Part shown: piece by piece, positions 11,301-20,733 of the stretch
How the letters are laid out: each line of letters begins with the position of its first letter
Numbering within the stretch: position 1 is the stretch's first letter
NCBI GenBank assembly: GCA_963793425.1
Contig: CAWCAG010000009.1
Location: forward strand, 672,001-736,000
Direction: 5' to 3'
From: an uncultured cyanobacterium
GTDB lineage: Bacteria > Cyanobacteriota > Cyanobacteriia > Cyanobacteriales > CAWCAG01
DNA: 64,000 nt
Program-made: the position numbers and the translations under genes
Notes under the pieces: model-generated
Database searches by the model: none
Seen by the model: the letters and a program-made list of their open reading frames with translations, nothing else
What the model was told of the DNA's origin: nothing

Positions 11301-13854
11301 TCTGCCATGCTTCTAGCTGTTTATTACGGGACATAGCAGCTTGTAGCTGAACTTGCTGCACTTTCACCTTGTCTGCTAAAGTTTTTCCCTGTTGCTGGAC
11401 AATTTGGCACAAAGTAGCTTGCTGTTGCCAATCTCCCTTTAAACTAGCGGCTTCAGCTCCAAGGGAATGTAGGTCTAAGGTCAAATCATAATGACTTTGC
11501 CAACTTTGCGCTGTCAAAAGTGCTAACCCATGGTGGAAATACTCAAAAGCAGCCTCATATGCTGTTGCAGCTTCTGCTTTTTTTCCGGCTAGTAAATTCA
11601 GCTGAGCAATCTCATCTCGTTCCTTTGTTTCACTCACTAAGGTAATGCCAATATTGAGGTGATCAACAATCTCAAACAACCTTTCTCTATTAGTATTTTG
11701 CCACAACTGCCGACCAATTTTTAAATGGACAGCTTGTTTCTCCCCTTCCTTGATCAAAGCATAGGCTGCTTGTTGAATGCGATCATGGGCGAATTTATAA
11801 TCTGATTGCCCTAGAGGATAAATCAAGTTTGCTTGAACAGCAACCGTTAAGTCTTCTCTAACTTGTAATACTGAATGATCACAGATCAAAACCAAAGTGT
11901 TCAAGTCAAAATTCGCCCCCACACAAGCTGCCAAACATAGGACTTGTTGGCTTGATTGCCTTAACTTATGGATCTTAGCGATGGTTAACTCAACCACATT
12001 GTCAGTGATGTTTCTCTCTTCAATTTCAGCCAAATTCCATTGCCAACCTCCCTCAACAGTTTCACTATCATTGAGGGCAGATCGAGTATTGCAAAAGGTA
12101 ATTAATTCTTCTTCGTAAAGGGCTTTGAGAAACTCCCTCACAAAAAAAGGATTGCCTGCTGTTTTACCCAGTACCAACTCTGCTAGGGGTTGCACAGTAG
12201 CTAAATTATGGTGTAGGGTAGCAGCAATTAATTGTTGAATCTGCTCTAAAGTTAAAGGGGTTAAGGTAATTTGTTTAACTATGCTCCCTTCCTTGCCAAC
12301 TGCTTCTAGAGTTAGCATTAAAGGATGGGTAGGAGTAACTTCATTATCGCGATAAGCACCGATTAAAAGTAACCCTTCTTGTACCTCAGCCATCATAATT
12401 TGGATTAGCTTCAAACTTGCTGCATCTGCCCATTGCAAATCATCAAGGAAGATAATCAAGGGCTGTTGCCAACAACAAAAGGCTTTGATAAATTTACTAA
12501 AAACAAAATTGAAGCGATTTTGAGACTCTGTAGCCCCTAACTTAGTGATAGAAGGCTGAGAACCAATAATTAGTTCAACTTCCGGTATCACCTCAGTAAT
12601 AACCCTTCCCAAAGTACCTAAAGCTTGCAAAAGCTTAGTTCGCCATTGCTGAAGCTGTTCTTCACTTTCACTTAAAAGTTGCTCAACCAATACCTTCAAA
12701 GCCTTGACTACGGCGGAATAAGGGACGTTGCGTTGAAATTGGTCAAACTTACCAGAGATGAAGTAATGTTGCTTAAAAGCAATGGAGTTACGAAACTGAT
12801 TAATTAAGGAAGACTTACCGATGCCAGAGTATCCGGCAATGAGGAGAAGTTCGATTCCTCCTCTACCTGTCTTACTAAGGGAGGAGGTGGTTACGCGAAC
12901 AAACGCTGCTGATAACTGGGCAATTTCTGCTTCTCTACCATAAAGTTTATCTGGGAGCATGAAGCGTAGGCAAAGCCAGCCGTAGGCATCGCTAATATCC
13001 TTCTCACCTAATGTAAAAGCCTCAACTTCCCCTGTTTCCTGCCATTGCTGCCAACACTTTTGCAGATCATACTTCAACCCCAAAGCACTTTGATAGCGAT
13101 CCTCCGGATTCTTCGCCATCAACTTGATGACAATCTCAGACAACATCTGAGGAATCTCTCCCTCACTCCCAAAAGGCTTTGCCCTTTTTGCCAAATGACA
13201 ATGTATCAACTCCATAGCATCTTGGCTTGCAAAAGGTAACTTACCTGTTAGCAGTTCGTAAAATGTTACTCCCACTGAATAGAAATCAGTACGGTAATCT
13301 AAAACCGAATTTGTTCTACCGGTTTGTTCTGGAGATACATAAGCTAAAGTCCCCTCAAGCACATCGGGATCGCGGGAAAGAGGATTTTCTCGGCTAAAAG
13401 TTGTCGAAATGCCAAAGTCAATAATCTTAACCTGCCCCGTTTCCGAGTTGAGGAGGATATTACTTGGATTAATGTCCTTATGAATAATCTTATGATGATG
13501 AATTTCCCCTAAAATCTGCGTTATTTCTATGGCAAGGGGCAGGAATTTTGCTAAAGGTAAAGGAGATTCTCTCAGTTGCTTCAGAGATTGCCCACCAAAA
13601 TCTTCTAAAACCGTCCCTAAAATTCCCCGTTGAGATTCTTGGCTATAGGCGGCAATGACACCAGGAATTTGCAGCTTACGAGTAATTTCGTATTCCTTCT
13701 GGTAGCGACTCAATTCCTGGGGGCTAGGATATTCCTTTTTAAGAACTTTAAGGATCACGCAAAGACCGTCTTTTTCGCGAATACCGCGAAAAACAAGGGA
13801 ATTGGTACTTTCATAGAGTTGTTCAGTTAAGCAATAACCAGCAAGATTTAACAT
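8386..13854 (-). CDS. Ser/Thr kinase-AAA ATPase-GAF-histidine kinase (HstK-type)
   Basis: HKDINPSN/DFG kinase, GYSGIGKS P-loop, GAF (LYLEN), AHEINTPL, GSGLGL. Confidence 0.93.
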   Translation of the reverse strand: MLNLAGYCLTEQLYESTNSLVFRGIREKDGLCVILKVLKKEYPSPQELSRYQKEYEITRKLQIPGVIAAYSQESQRGILGTVLEDFGGQSLKQLRESPLPLAKFLPLAIEITQILGEIHHHKIIHKDINPSNILLNSETGQVKIIDFGISTTFSRENPLSRDPDVLEGTLAYVSPEQTGRTNSVLDYRTDFYSVGVTFYELLTGKLPFASQDAMELIHCHLAKRAKPFGSEGEIPQMLSEIVIKLMAKNPEDRYQSALGLKYDLQKCWQQWQETGEVEAFTLGEKDISDAYGWLCLRFMLPDKLYGREAEIAQLSAAFVRVTTSSLSKTGRGGIELLLIAGYSGIGKSSLINQFRNSIAFKQHYFISGKFDQFQRNVPYSAVVKALKVLVEQLLSESEEQLQQWRTKLLQALGTLGRVITEVIPEVELIIGSQPSITKLGATESQNRFNFVFSKFIKAFCCWQQPLIIFLDDLQWADAASLKLIQIMMAEVQEGLLLIGAYRDNEVTPTHPLMLTLEAVGKEGSIVKQITLTPLTLEQIQQLIAATLHHNLATVQPLAELVLGKTAGNPFFVREFLKALYEEELITFCNTRSALNDSETVEGGWQWNLAEIEERNITDNVVELTIAKIHKLRQSSQQVLCLAACVGANFDLNTLVLICDHSVLQVREDLTVAVQANLIYPLGQSDYKFAHDRIQQAAYALIKEGEKQAVHLKIGRQLWQNTNRERLFEIVDHLNIGITLVSETKERDEIAQLNLLAGKKAEAATAYEAAFEYFHHGLALLTAQSWQSHYDLTLDLHSLGAEAASLKGDWQQQATLCQIVQQQGKTLADKVKVQQVQLQAAMSRNKQLEAWQTALIFLKQLGVEFPQQPGKADLQQAFAEVELDLKGKQPLELLHLPGMKDAQKLAAMQILSNVFSAAFQAVPAMFPLIVCRQVSLSIQYGNATVSAFAYATYGLILCGIKEDFESGYQFGQLALGLLERDKGTKVKTRTMQIVYSFLCHWQEPVIDTLQPLQEAYKSAWETGDVEYGAYCAAVYWLHKFFLGEELGALATGMAQYSEAIAQLKQETALNYHQVCHQVVLNLQGESQQPYLLQGEAYDEVKMLPLHQQANDKTALYYLYFNKAFLHYLFAEYLQAAENIAKARQYLDGVTATLSIPLFYFYDSLIQLAQSQSEELLLQVKVNQEKMQQWANRCPSNFLPKLTLVEAERYQVEGNKAAAIDSYDLAIAQAQENNYLNEEALANELAAKFYFNWGKPQLALFYLKEAYHCYLNWGATAKVKALQKQYPQLQTKPSAPTQLSNTTITTTSQTLTTQLDLGSVLKASQAISGEIVLPRLLEKLMAILIANAGAQIGYLILETKGKLFIEAAKGIEEAQVSVLESISLKHNPNLARNIVNYVWRTRKDVVLENATGQTQFSNDPYIKKQQPKSILCTPLINQGQLSGILYLENNLTTGAFTPERLQVLQLLSGEAAIAIDNARLYNNLEQKVTERTAELSTTLRELESTQDELIQAEKMAALGQLVAGVAHEINTPLGAIRSSVQYIGDFMAEQLAQLPGFFQNLSEQQQEAFLVLLQRSQENTLIVSGRERRKLRKALTSVLETQKVAKATNLANLFIDLGIYTDIEHFFPILQQPDSESFLKIVRQFTRLQQSTRDIHLASDRAAKVVFALKTYARYDQTGERREINILDGIEAILTLYQSQLKQGVKLVRNYQDLPSIKCYFDELNQVWTNLIHNALQAMNNRGTLTINTWQEERQIKVSITDCGGGIPTEIQSKIFQPFFTTKPPGEGSGLGLDIVKKIIKKHQGEIKFTSKPGETSFTVSLPI
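12967..12987. mobile_element. 21-nt SDR-type mini-insertion splitting a HIP1 site
   Basis: GCG|TAGGCAAAGCCAGCCGTAGGC|ATCGC; adds AYGWLCL relative to the paralog at 46220. Confidence 0.8.
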
Positions 13855-14177
13855 GATTTTTTGTTGGTTTAGCCATTTTCTTGAGAGAACTAGAAACGCA
13901 ACCCTGAAAAAATTCGCTTCTTTGCTAGTTTTTACTAAGCATAATCGATTGAAACTTATTTTTGTGATTTTATGTTAATTTTTCTGTAAATATTTTTACT
14001 TGATTACCTGTCACACCTTTAATATTGCTTAATTCTTATTCCTGTGTTGCTGATGGCAACCATAAAGACAAATACTGTAAAAAAACACAACACATTTTCT
14101 TTTGCTAAGCTCTCAATATGAGACAATTATATGCTTGCTAATTTAATTTTTAAGTTGCAACTGAAGAGTCAAATATA

Positions 14178-15353
14178 ATGCTAAATCCCAACTTAGAAGA
14201 AATCGAACTCAGTAAAGATGAATACGAACGCTATTCTCGCCACATTATTCTGCCAGAAGTTGGCTTAGAAGGGCAAAAACGTCTCAAAGCGGCTAGTGTC
14301 CTTTGTATTGGTACGGGAGGATTGGGTTCACCCTTGCTACTATATTTAGCTGCTGCTGGTATTGGTAACATCGGTATTGTGGACTTTGATGTTGTTGACA
14401 GTTCCAACTTACAAAGACAAGTTATTCACGGTACATCCTGGGTGGGTAAACCAAAAATCGAGTCTGCGAAGAGTCGTATTTTGGAAATCAACCCCTACTG
14501 CCAGGTAGATTTATACAATACTCTGCTTAGTTCTGCTAATGCTTTAGATATTGTGGCTAAATATGATGTTGTGGTAGATGGAACTGACAACTTCCCCACC
14601 CGTTATTTAGTTAATGATGCTTGTGTATTGTTAGATAAACCCAATGTTTACGGTTCCATTTTCCGTTTTGAAGGACAAGCTAGCGTCTTCAACTATCAAG
14701 ATGGCCCCAACTACCGGGATTTATTTCCTGAACCCCCACCACCGGGAATGGTTCCTTCCTGTGCTGAAGGTGGTGTTTTAGGGGTATTATGTGGCATCAT
14801 CGGCTCTATCCAAGCCACAGAAACAATTAAAATTATTTTAGGTGCAGGCAATACCCTTAGCGGCAGATTATTATTATACAATGCCCTAGAGATGAAGTTT
14901 AGAGAACTCAAACTACGTCCTAACCCAGAACGTCCGGTAATTGAAAAATTAATTGATTACCAAGAGTTCTGCGGTATTCCCCAAGCCAAAGCCGAAGAAG
15001 AGAAACAAAAAACAGCTATGGATGAAATGACAGTACAGGAGTTGAAAGAACTTCTTGATAGTGGCAAAGATGATTACCTACTCATTGATGTACGCAACCC
15101 CAACGAGTACGAAATTGCCCAAATTCCTGGGGCAGTGTTGATTCCTCTGCCGGAAATTGAAGAAGGGCCAGGTATTGAAAAAGTACAAGGAATGCTTAAT
15201 GGGCATCGTCTCATTGCCCATTGTAAAATGGGAGGACGTTCTGCTAGGGCATTAGCTATTCTTAACCAAACTGTGGGTTTAGAAGGAACTAATGTTGTGG
15301 GAGGCATTAGGGCTTGGAGTCAGGAAATTGACCCTTCTGTTCCAGAATACTAA
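14178..15353 (+). CDS. moeB: Molybdopterin-synthase adenylyltransferase with rhodanese domain
   Basis: RYSRH, GTGGLGS, SNLQRQ, DGTDNF, PSCAEGGVLG, rhodanese HCKMGGRS. Confidence 0.93.
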   Translation: MLNPNLEEIELSKDEYERYSRHIILPEVGLEGQKRLKAASVLCIGTGGLGSPLLLYLAAAGIGNIGIVDFDVVDSSNLQRQVIHGTSWVGKPKIESAKSRILEINPYCQVDLYNTLLSSANALDIVAKYDVVVDGTDNFPTRYLVNDACVLLDKPNVYGSIFRFEGQASVFNYQDGPNYRDLFPEPPPPGMVPSCAEGGVLGVLCGIIGSIQATETIKIILGAGNTLSGRLLLYNALEMKFRELKLRPNPERPVIEKLIDYQEFCGIPQAKAEEEKQKTAMDEMTVQELKELLDSGKDDYLLIDVRNPNEYEIAQIPGAVLIPLPEIEEGPGIEKVQGMLNGHRLIAHCKMGGRSARALAILNQTVGLEGTNVVGGIRAWSQEIDPSVPEY

Positions 15354-15410
15354 GGTATTTGCTAATGGCTAATGGTTAATAGGTTAAATAATCAATCAGT
15401 TTGATGATCT

Positions 15411-15475
15411 TGTATCAGGGCGGGTTTACTGATAGGTTTGATGATCCCATAGATTTACCCAAACCCGCCCCTACA
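15411..15475. repeat. REP-like palindrome (GGGCGGGTTT...AAACCCGCCC)
   Basis: Inverted repeat; related copies at 24746-24800 and 42244-42293. Confidence 0.7.
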
Positions 15476-15516
15476 TCCCGCACCTATATTCCTAATTCCC
15501 TACCTTCCTACAACAG

Positions 15517-16050
15517 ATGACTAACATTCGTTTTAAATTCCCTATTTTTCTCAGGCGTACCGTTAGTTTCACCGCAGCTACTTCCTTACCAATATTAGGA
15601 GTGGCAGCACTTTCTGCCCCTGGTTATAGCCTGGAAGCAGATAGTTGGAATCCTTTTCAAGTTTGTGCTATAGAATTAATCAATAGTAATATCTCTCATG
15701 AACAAGCTGCGGCGGCTTGTGGTTCAGCCATAGAACCCAAGGATCTCTCCTTTTGTACCATGAAAATTCATTCCCTAACTCCGGTGGATAGCAATATTGC
15801 CCTTGCTGCTTGCATTCGGGTGAGAAGACCTTTAGAATTGGCTAGCTGTGTTGTGGATATTAACGAAGACACAGATAACCCCATACCTTTGGCTGTGGTA
15901 GATTATTGTCGCCGTAGTTTGTTACCGATCCGTTATGCAGAATGTGTAATTGGCTTAGATCGCGAAATTAACTTTTCTACTAGTCAAGCCTTAGCAACTT
16001 GTATCAATGCCGAAGATTTTCCTCGCGTTTTATATCGTATTGGCAAGTGA
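15517..16050 (+). CDS. Hypothetical exported Cys-repeat protein
   Basis: Signal-like N-terminus; repeated AC..xxxPxELAxCV units. Confidence 0.65.
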   Translation: MTNIRFKFPIFLRRTVSFTAATSLPILGVAALSAPGYSLEADSWNPFQVCAIELINSNISHEQAAAACGSAIEPKDLSFCTMKIHSLTPVDSNIALAACIRVRRPLELASCVVDINEDTDNPIPLAVVDYCRRSLLPIRYAECVIGLDREINFSTSQALATCINAEDFPRVLYRIGK

Positions 16051-16058
16051 TATTCATC

Positions 16059-17108
16059 ATGAAGTTTAGTGAAATTCTCAAGCACATAACTACTTCTCGT
16101 GACAATAATAGCCTGAGTCAACACCAAGAACTAGACCCAGAAATTAACGCTGTTGCGGCGGTGGATGAGGCACAAAGGGGAACCCTTAGTTATATAGAAG
16201 GGAAGGGATTTTCTAAGTTTCTGGAAAAAACTGCTGCAAGCGCTTTGATTTTACCCTTGGATGTTGAACTGCAACAACAAGCTAATGAAAAAGGTATTGC
16301 TTGGGTAGCTACACCCCAACCCCGACTAGCATTTGCTAAGGCGATCGCACTTTTTTATCAACCTTGGCAACCTACTCCTGGTATACACCCTTCGGCGGTT
16401 ATTGATCCTGGTGCAACCATTGGCAAAGAAGTTTATATTGCCCCTAATGTCGTAATTTCAGCCGGGGTGATCATCGGCGCTCACGTCTCCATATATGCCA
16501 ACGTAGTTATCTATCCTCAAGTAGAAATTGGTGCTGGCACAACCCTACACGCCAATTGTACCATTCACGAACGCAGCAAAATTGGTGCTAATTGTTTTAT
16601 AAATAGTGGGGCGGTAATTGGGGCGGAGGGTTTCGGTTTTGTTCACACTCCAGAAGGGCTTTATAAAATGCCCCAGTCTGGTTATGTTGTCTTAGAAGAC
16701 GATGTAGAAGTTGCTTGTAACACTGCCATAGATCGTCCCGCTCTAGGGGAAACTCGCATTGGCAAAAATACCAAAATTGATAACCTTGTACAAATAGCCC
16801 ACGGTTGCCAAATAGGTTCAAACTGTGCCATCTCAGGGCAATCAGGTATGTCTGGAGGAGTCGAACTTGGTAATAGAGTCATCCTCGCCGGACAAGTTGG
16901 GATTTCCAACAAAGCAAAATTAGGTGATGGTGCGATCGCCACTGCTAAAGCAGGCATCCATAAAAATGTGGAATCAGGGCAAATCATCTCAGGGACTCCT
17001 GCCATTCCTCACCAAGTATTCCTGAAAGCAGCAGCTATTTATCAGCGTTTACCAGAGATGTATAAAACCTTAAAACATCTCAAAAAGTACTTGAATGAAG
17101 ATTCTTAA
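16059..17108 (+). CDS. lpxD: UDP-3-O-acyl-glucosamine N-acyltransferase
   Basis: Hexapeptide repeats, GAEGFGF, IDR, TKIDNLVQIAH; likely start ATG 16059. Confidence 0.93.
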   Translation: MKFSEILKHITTSRDNNSLSQHQELDPEINAVAAVDEAQRGTLSYIEGKGFSKFLEKTAASALILPLDVELQQQANEKGIAWVATPQPRLAFAKAIALFYQPWQPTPGIHPSAVIDPGATIGKEVYIAPNVVISAGVIIGAHVSIYANVVIYPQVEIGAGTTLHANCTIHERSKIGANCFINSGAVIGAEGFGFVHTPEGLYKMPQSGYVVLEDDVEVACNTAIDRPALGETRIGKNTKIDNLVQIAHGCQIGSNCAISGQSGMSGGVELGNRVILAGQVGISNKAKLGDGAIATAKAGIHKNVESGQIISGTPAIPHQVFLKAAAIYQRLPEMYKTLKHLKKYLNEDS

Positions 17109-17119
17109 CTTATTACCTA

Positions 17120-17674
17120 ATGCTTAATTCTCTGTTAGGATTGGATGCTTCCCAACTCAACCTTTGGCAAATGGCACTCCGGGCAGCCATAGTTTATATT
17201 TTGGCCCTAATTATCTTACGTTTAGGGGATGAACGTCGCTTCAGTGGTAAATATGCAGCTTTTGATGTGATTTTGGGTATTATTTTAGGAGCAACTCTAA
17301 GTAATGCAATTACAGGAACAGCCCCGTTTTTTCCTACCTTAACAGCAGGCATAGTTTTGGTTATTGTACATTGGCTGGTTGCTGAACTTGGTTTTCGTTT
17401 TGAAGCTTTTGATCGCTTCATTAAAGGTACTCCTCACATCGTAATCAAAGATGGCGAAACTAAACGTAAAGCGATGGCAACCACTCGCCTTAGTAAACAA
17501 GATTTAGAAGCAATTGTTAGAACTGAAGGTAAATTAAGTGATCTTAGCCAAGTTTATCTAGCCTGTGTTGAAAAAAGTGGTGATGTCAGCGTAATTCCCG
17601 AAAAAACGCCCCCTCAAATTATTGAAGTTACTGTAGAATCAGGAGTTCAGACTATTAAAATTCAGCTTGATTAA
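17120..17674 (+). CDS. DUF421 (YetF-like) membrane protein
   Basis: Three TM helices, FD.ILGIILG, EKSGDVSV. Confidence 0.85.
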   Translation: MLNSLLGLDASQLNLWQMALRAAIVYILALIILRLGDERRFSGKYAAFDVILGIILGATLSNAITGTAPFFPTLTAGIVLVIVHWLVAELGFRFEAFDRFIKGTPHIVIKDGETKRKAMATTRLSKQDLEAIVRTEGKLSDLSQVYLACVEKSGDVSVIPEKTPPQIIEVTVESGVQTIKIQLD

Positions 17675-17868
17675 ATTAAAATAAACTTTTTGTTAAATGT
17701 TCCATACAAAACATTTATTTTCTCAAAAGATGCCATAGAATAAAAGCCTAATGGAGTAGAAATGGCCACTCTACTGCTTAGGCTTAGGCAATCAACTCTT
17801 AATATTTCTCCCTCACACCACTACCTTAATGTGCTTAATTTTTCATAAGGGGAAAGGAGATCGCAAAA

Positions 17869-19245
17869 ATGAGCAACTACCCAGATTTTTCTGCCTACGG
17901 CTATCAAGTCGAAGAGGAAGTTAAACAAAACTACGCCCCCGGTTGCACTATATATCAGGCAACGGAAATAGCAACGCAGAAACCTGTATTAATTGAACAA
18001 TTTTCTCTGGCTGAAGCTGATAAAAACTACCAGTTAGTTGTTGAAGTATTGCCACAACTAAATTGTTCTGGAGTACCTGAATATCTTGACTCCTTTAGTG
18101 ATTCTGAAGCTTTTTGCTTAATTCGCCCAGAAATAGCAACTCCTTCTTTAGCTAGTCAAAATGACTTAACTTATCAAGAAGTCAAACAAATCGCTACAGG
18201 AGTTTTACAGATATTAGTGAAACTGCAAAAGCAACCTCTTCCTCTTATTCATCGTCAGATTCAACCGGAGAATATTCTTTGGGGAGATTCTCCGGTTTAC
18301 TTAGTGAATTTTAGTTCAGCTGTAGTAATAAAAGAAGGTTATAAAATCGACGAGATTAATCAAGGAACTTGGGGTTTTATGCCTCCAGAACAAATTCTTC
18401 ATCAACCTTTAAATCTCGCTTCGGATCTCTACAGTTTAGGGGTAACAATTATCTGCTTATTAGCAGGGAAAAAATCTACAGAAATTGCCGATATTATTGA
18501 CGATACCCAAAGCATTAATTTTGATTTTCTTGTTCCTAGCTTAAATCCTCGCTTCGTTGATTGGTTAGATCGGATGGTATCTCCTAGTACCAGAGAACGC
18601 TACAAAAATGCAACTGAGGCTTTAGCAGCTTTGCAAACTATTGACTCTATTGCTTATCAAGAAACAACTACCAAAAAGAGAAAAAGCTTACCTCTGATCC
18701 CCTTAGCTGCTGCGGTTTTTATTGTGTTATTAGGTTTCATTCCTGCAAGTATTTATAGCCAAAAAAGCATTTTTGCTAATGGTAAACAATTAGGGGTAAA
18801 CAAAACTACTAATTTAATTAAAAAAGAAACTTCTTCTCTTCCCCAAGGAGAAGAAGCAAGAAAACAATTATTAGCAACAGGAGAATGTCGGGATTGTAAT
18901 TTAGCCTGGGCTAATTTAGGGGGTGCAAACCTAGCAGGAGTTGATTTAAAAGGAGCAAATTTAGAAGGGGCAAGTTTAGTAGGTGCAAACCTAGAAGAGG
19001 CTAACTTAGTCAACTGTAATTTAAAGTCAGCCCGCTTAGAAAATGCCAACCTAATTAATGCTAATCTTCGGGGTGCAAACCTAGAGATTGCTAGCCTTTT
19101 TAGTACCAACTTAGCTGGTGCAAACCTAAGCTATGCAAACCTACAAAGAGCAAATCTCATGGCTGCAAACCTCAAGTATGCTAAATTATGGCAAGCAGAT
19201 GTTCAAGGGGCAATGATGCCGAATGGAGTTAATGTTAGTTATTAG
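17869..19245 (+). CDS. Ser/Thr kinase-like protein with TM helix and pentapeptide repeats
   Basis: GTWGFMPPEQ, ASDLYSLG, A(N/D)Lxx repeats; catalytic motifs degenerate. Confidence 0.8.
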   Translation: MSNYPDFSAYGYQVEEEVKQNYAPGCTIYQATEIATQKPVLIEQFSLAEADKNYQLVVEVLPQLNCSGVPEYLDSFSDSEAFCLIRPEIATPSLASQNDLTYQEVKQIATGVLQILVKLQKQPLPLIHRQIQPENILWGDSPVYLVNFSSAVVIKEGYKIDEINQGTWGFMPPEQILHQPLNLASDLYSLGVTIICLLAGKKSTEIADIIDDTQSINFDFLVPSLNPRFVDWLDRMVSPSTRERYKNATEALAALQTIDSIAYQETTTKKRKSLPLIPLAAAVFIVLLGFIPASIYSQKSIFANGKQLGVNKTTNLIKKETSSLPQGEEARKQLLATGECRDCNLAWANLGGANLAGVDLKGANLEGASLVGANLEEANLVNCNLKSARLENANLINANLRGANLEIASLFSTNLAGANLSYANLQRANLMAANLKYAKLWQADVQGAMMPNGVNVSY

Positions 19246-19277
19246 CTAAGGAGTAGGGAGTAGGGAGTCGCAGATCA

Positions 19278-20501
19278 TCAAGGCTGATTAGCAATTACTT
19301 TGACAATGACACTGCTGCCTATTAAAGCTAAAGCAGGTGGAATTAGGGGTAACCAACCTCCTGATTGAAAAATGCTATAGCAGATTCCCCAGAGAAGGGC
19401 GATCGCCACTCCATCTATAATTAAGATTAGCCAAGGTTTAGTTTTTAGTGAAGCGACAATACCTCCCACAGTTGCCCAGGCTAGTATCCATAACCATTCT
19501 CCAAATTCAGGGGCGTACCAAATCAAAGGACGATCATCCAAAGCTGCACCTAAAAGTTGGCTGACAATTTGCCCATGAACTATTACCCCAGGCATGAGAG
19601 GATTAGTATCAGAGGTTGCGCTGAAGGGAGTTTCAAAGATGTCTTGAACACTTTGGGCAGTATAACCAATTAAGACAGCGCGATCGCGAATTAATTTTGA
19701 ATCTACTTTCCCGGCGACAACATCCCCTAAACTAACTAAATCCTTGGGTTTTGCCCCCAAAGGATAGTCAATTAAAATCTGGAAGCCATCAGCATAGGCA
19801 TCAACATAACCCCCTGCATTATCTGTTAAAGGTTCTATGGTTGCTGAACCCAGTTTAATTTTATCATCTTCAGTAAACTCAGGTTCAATCTCTTCTTCCT
19901 CTAAATATAAAGTAGCTGTTGCAAAGGCAAGGGAATAAAGATCCGCATTAGGATCATTACATAAGTGTTCATTCTCATATTCAGTTTCAGCCAAAGCCGG
20001 AATAGCGAACAAAAAACCGCGACGTTGTATATTATCAATATCTATAGGTAAATCGGCAAAACCAACTTGTTCTTCCGAAAGATCAGGAGGCGGGGCAACA
20101 CCAGGGCTTTCTGCCTCATTCATTTGACAAGCAACAACCACATTAGACTCAGCAAACTCTTCTAATAATTCTTCCCTTCCTTCCCCCACAGGAATATCCC
20201 GCAACACATCCAATGCAATAACCCTAGCATCATTAGCTTGCAGTTCCTCAATCGCCTCTGCCATCACTCCATCGGGTACACTAGAAGCATTTAAAGTGGT
20301 AAGATCATCTTCGGTAATACCTACAACTAAAATCCGATCTTCTTCCTCTTCTGTTGGTTGCCAACGCAAAAAATGGTCAAAAGCTTGCAACTCAAAACCT
20401 TCTAAAAATCCCAATTGACGCAGCAAAATCACTGCTGCGGTTGCAGCTAAAGTTGCGATCGCTACTTTACCAATTCTGAGTATTAAGGGGTTATTAGTCA
20501 T
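19278..20501 (-). CDS. CHASE2-domain membrane protein with no output domain
   Basis: ELQAFD, RILVVGITEDD, GFADLPID, VLIG, MPGVIVHGQIVSQLL, three C-terminal TMs. Confidence 0.85.
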   Translation of the reverse strand: MTNNPLILRIGKVAIATLAATAAVILLRQLGFLEGFELQAFDHFLRWQPTEEEEDRILVVGITEDDLTTLNASSVPDGVMAEAIEELQANDARVIALDVLRDIPVGEGREELLEEFAESNVVVACQMNEAESPGVAPPPDLSEEQVGFADLPIDIDNIQRRGFLFAIPALAETEYENEHLCNDPNADLYSLAFATATLYLEEEEIEPEFTEDDKIKLGSATIEPLTDNAGGYVDAYADGFQILIDYPLGAKPKDLVSLGDVVAGKVDSKLIRDRAVLIGYTAQSVQDIFETPFSATSDTNPLMPGVIVHGQIVSQLLGAALDDRPLIWYAPEFGEWLWILAWATVGGIVASLKTKPWLILIIDGVAIALLWGICYSIFQSGGWLPLIPPALALIGSSVIVKVIANQP

Positions 20502-20733
20502 TGAGCATCAGGATGAGAAGTAAAGTATTATATCCTTTGCTCTACTTTATATTGTGAGTCTCAACAAGTAAATAAAAAATCACCTAAACGTATAGAATAT
20601 TTATCATGGCGAGGAGTGCGATTGCCAGAAAATACAGAGATAATATTTTTTTAGTGCAATTTTAAAGCTTGATATCTTTAAAGTAATGAGCTTCTGCAAA
20701 ATAGATCAAGTAATAATTTTGTTATCAAACAAA

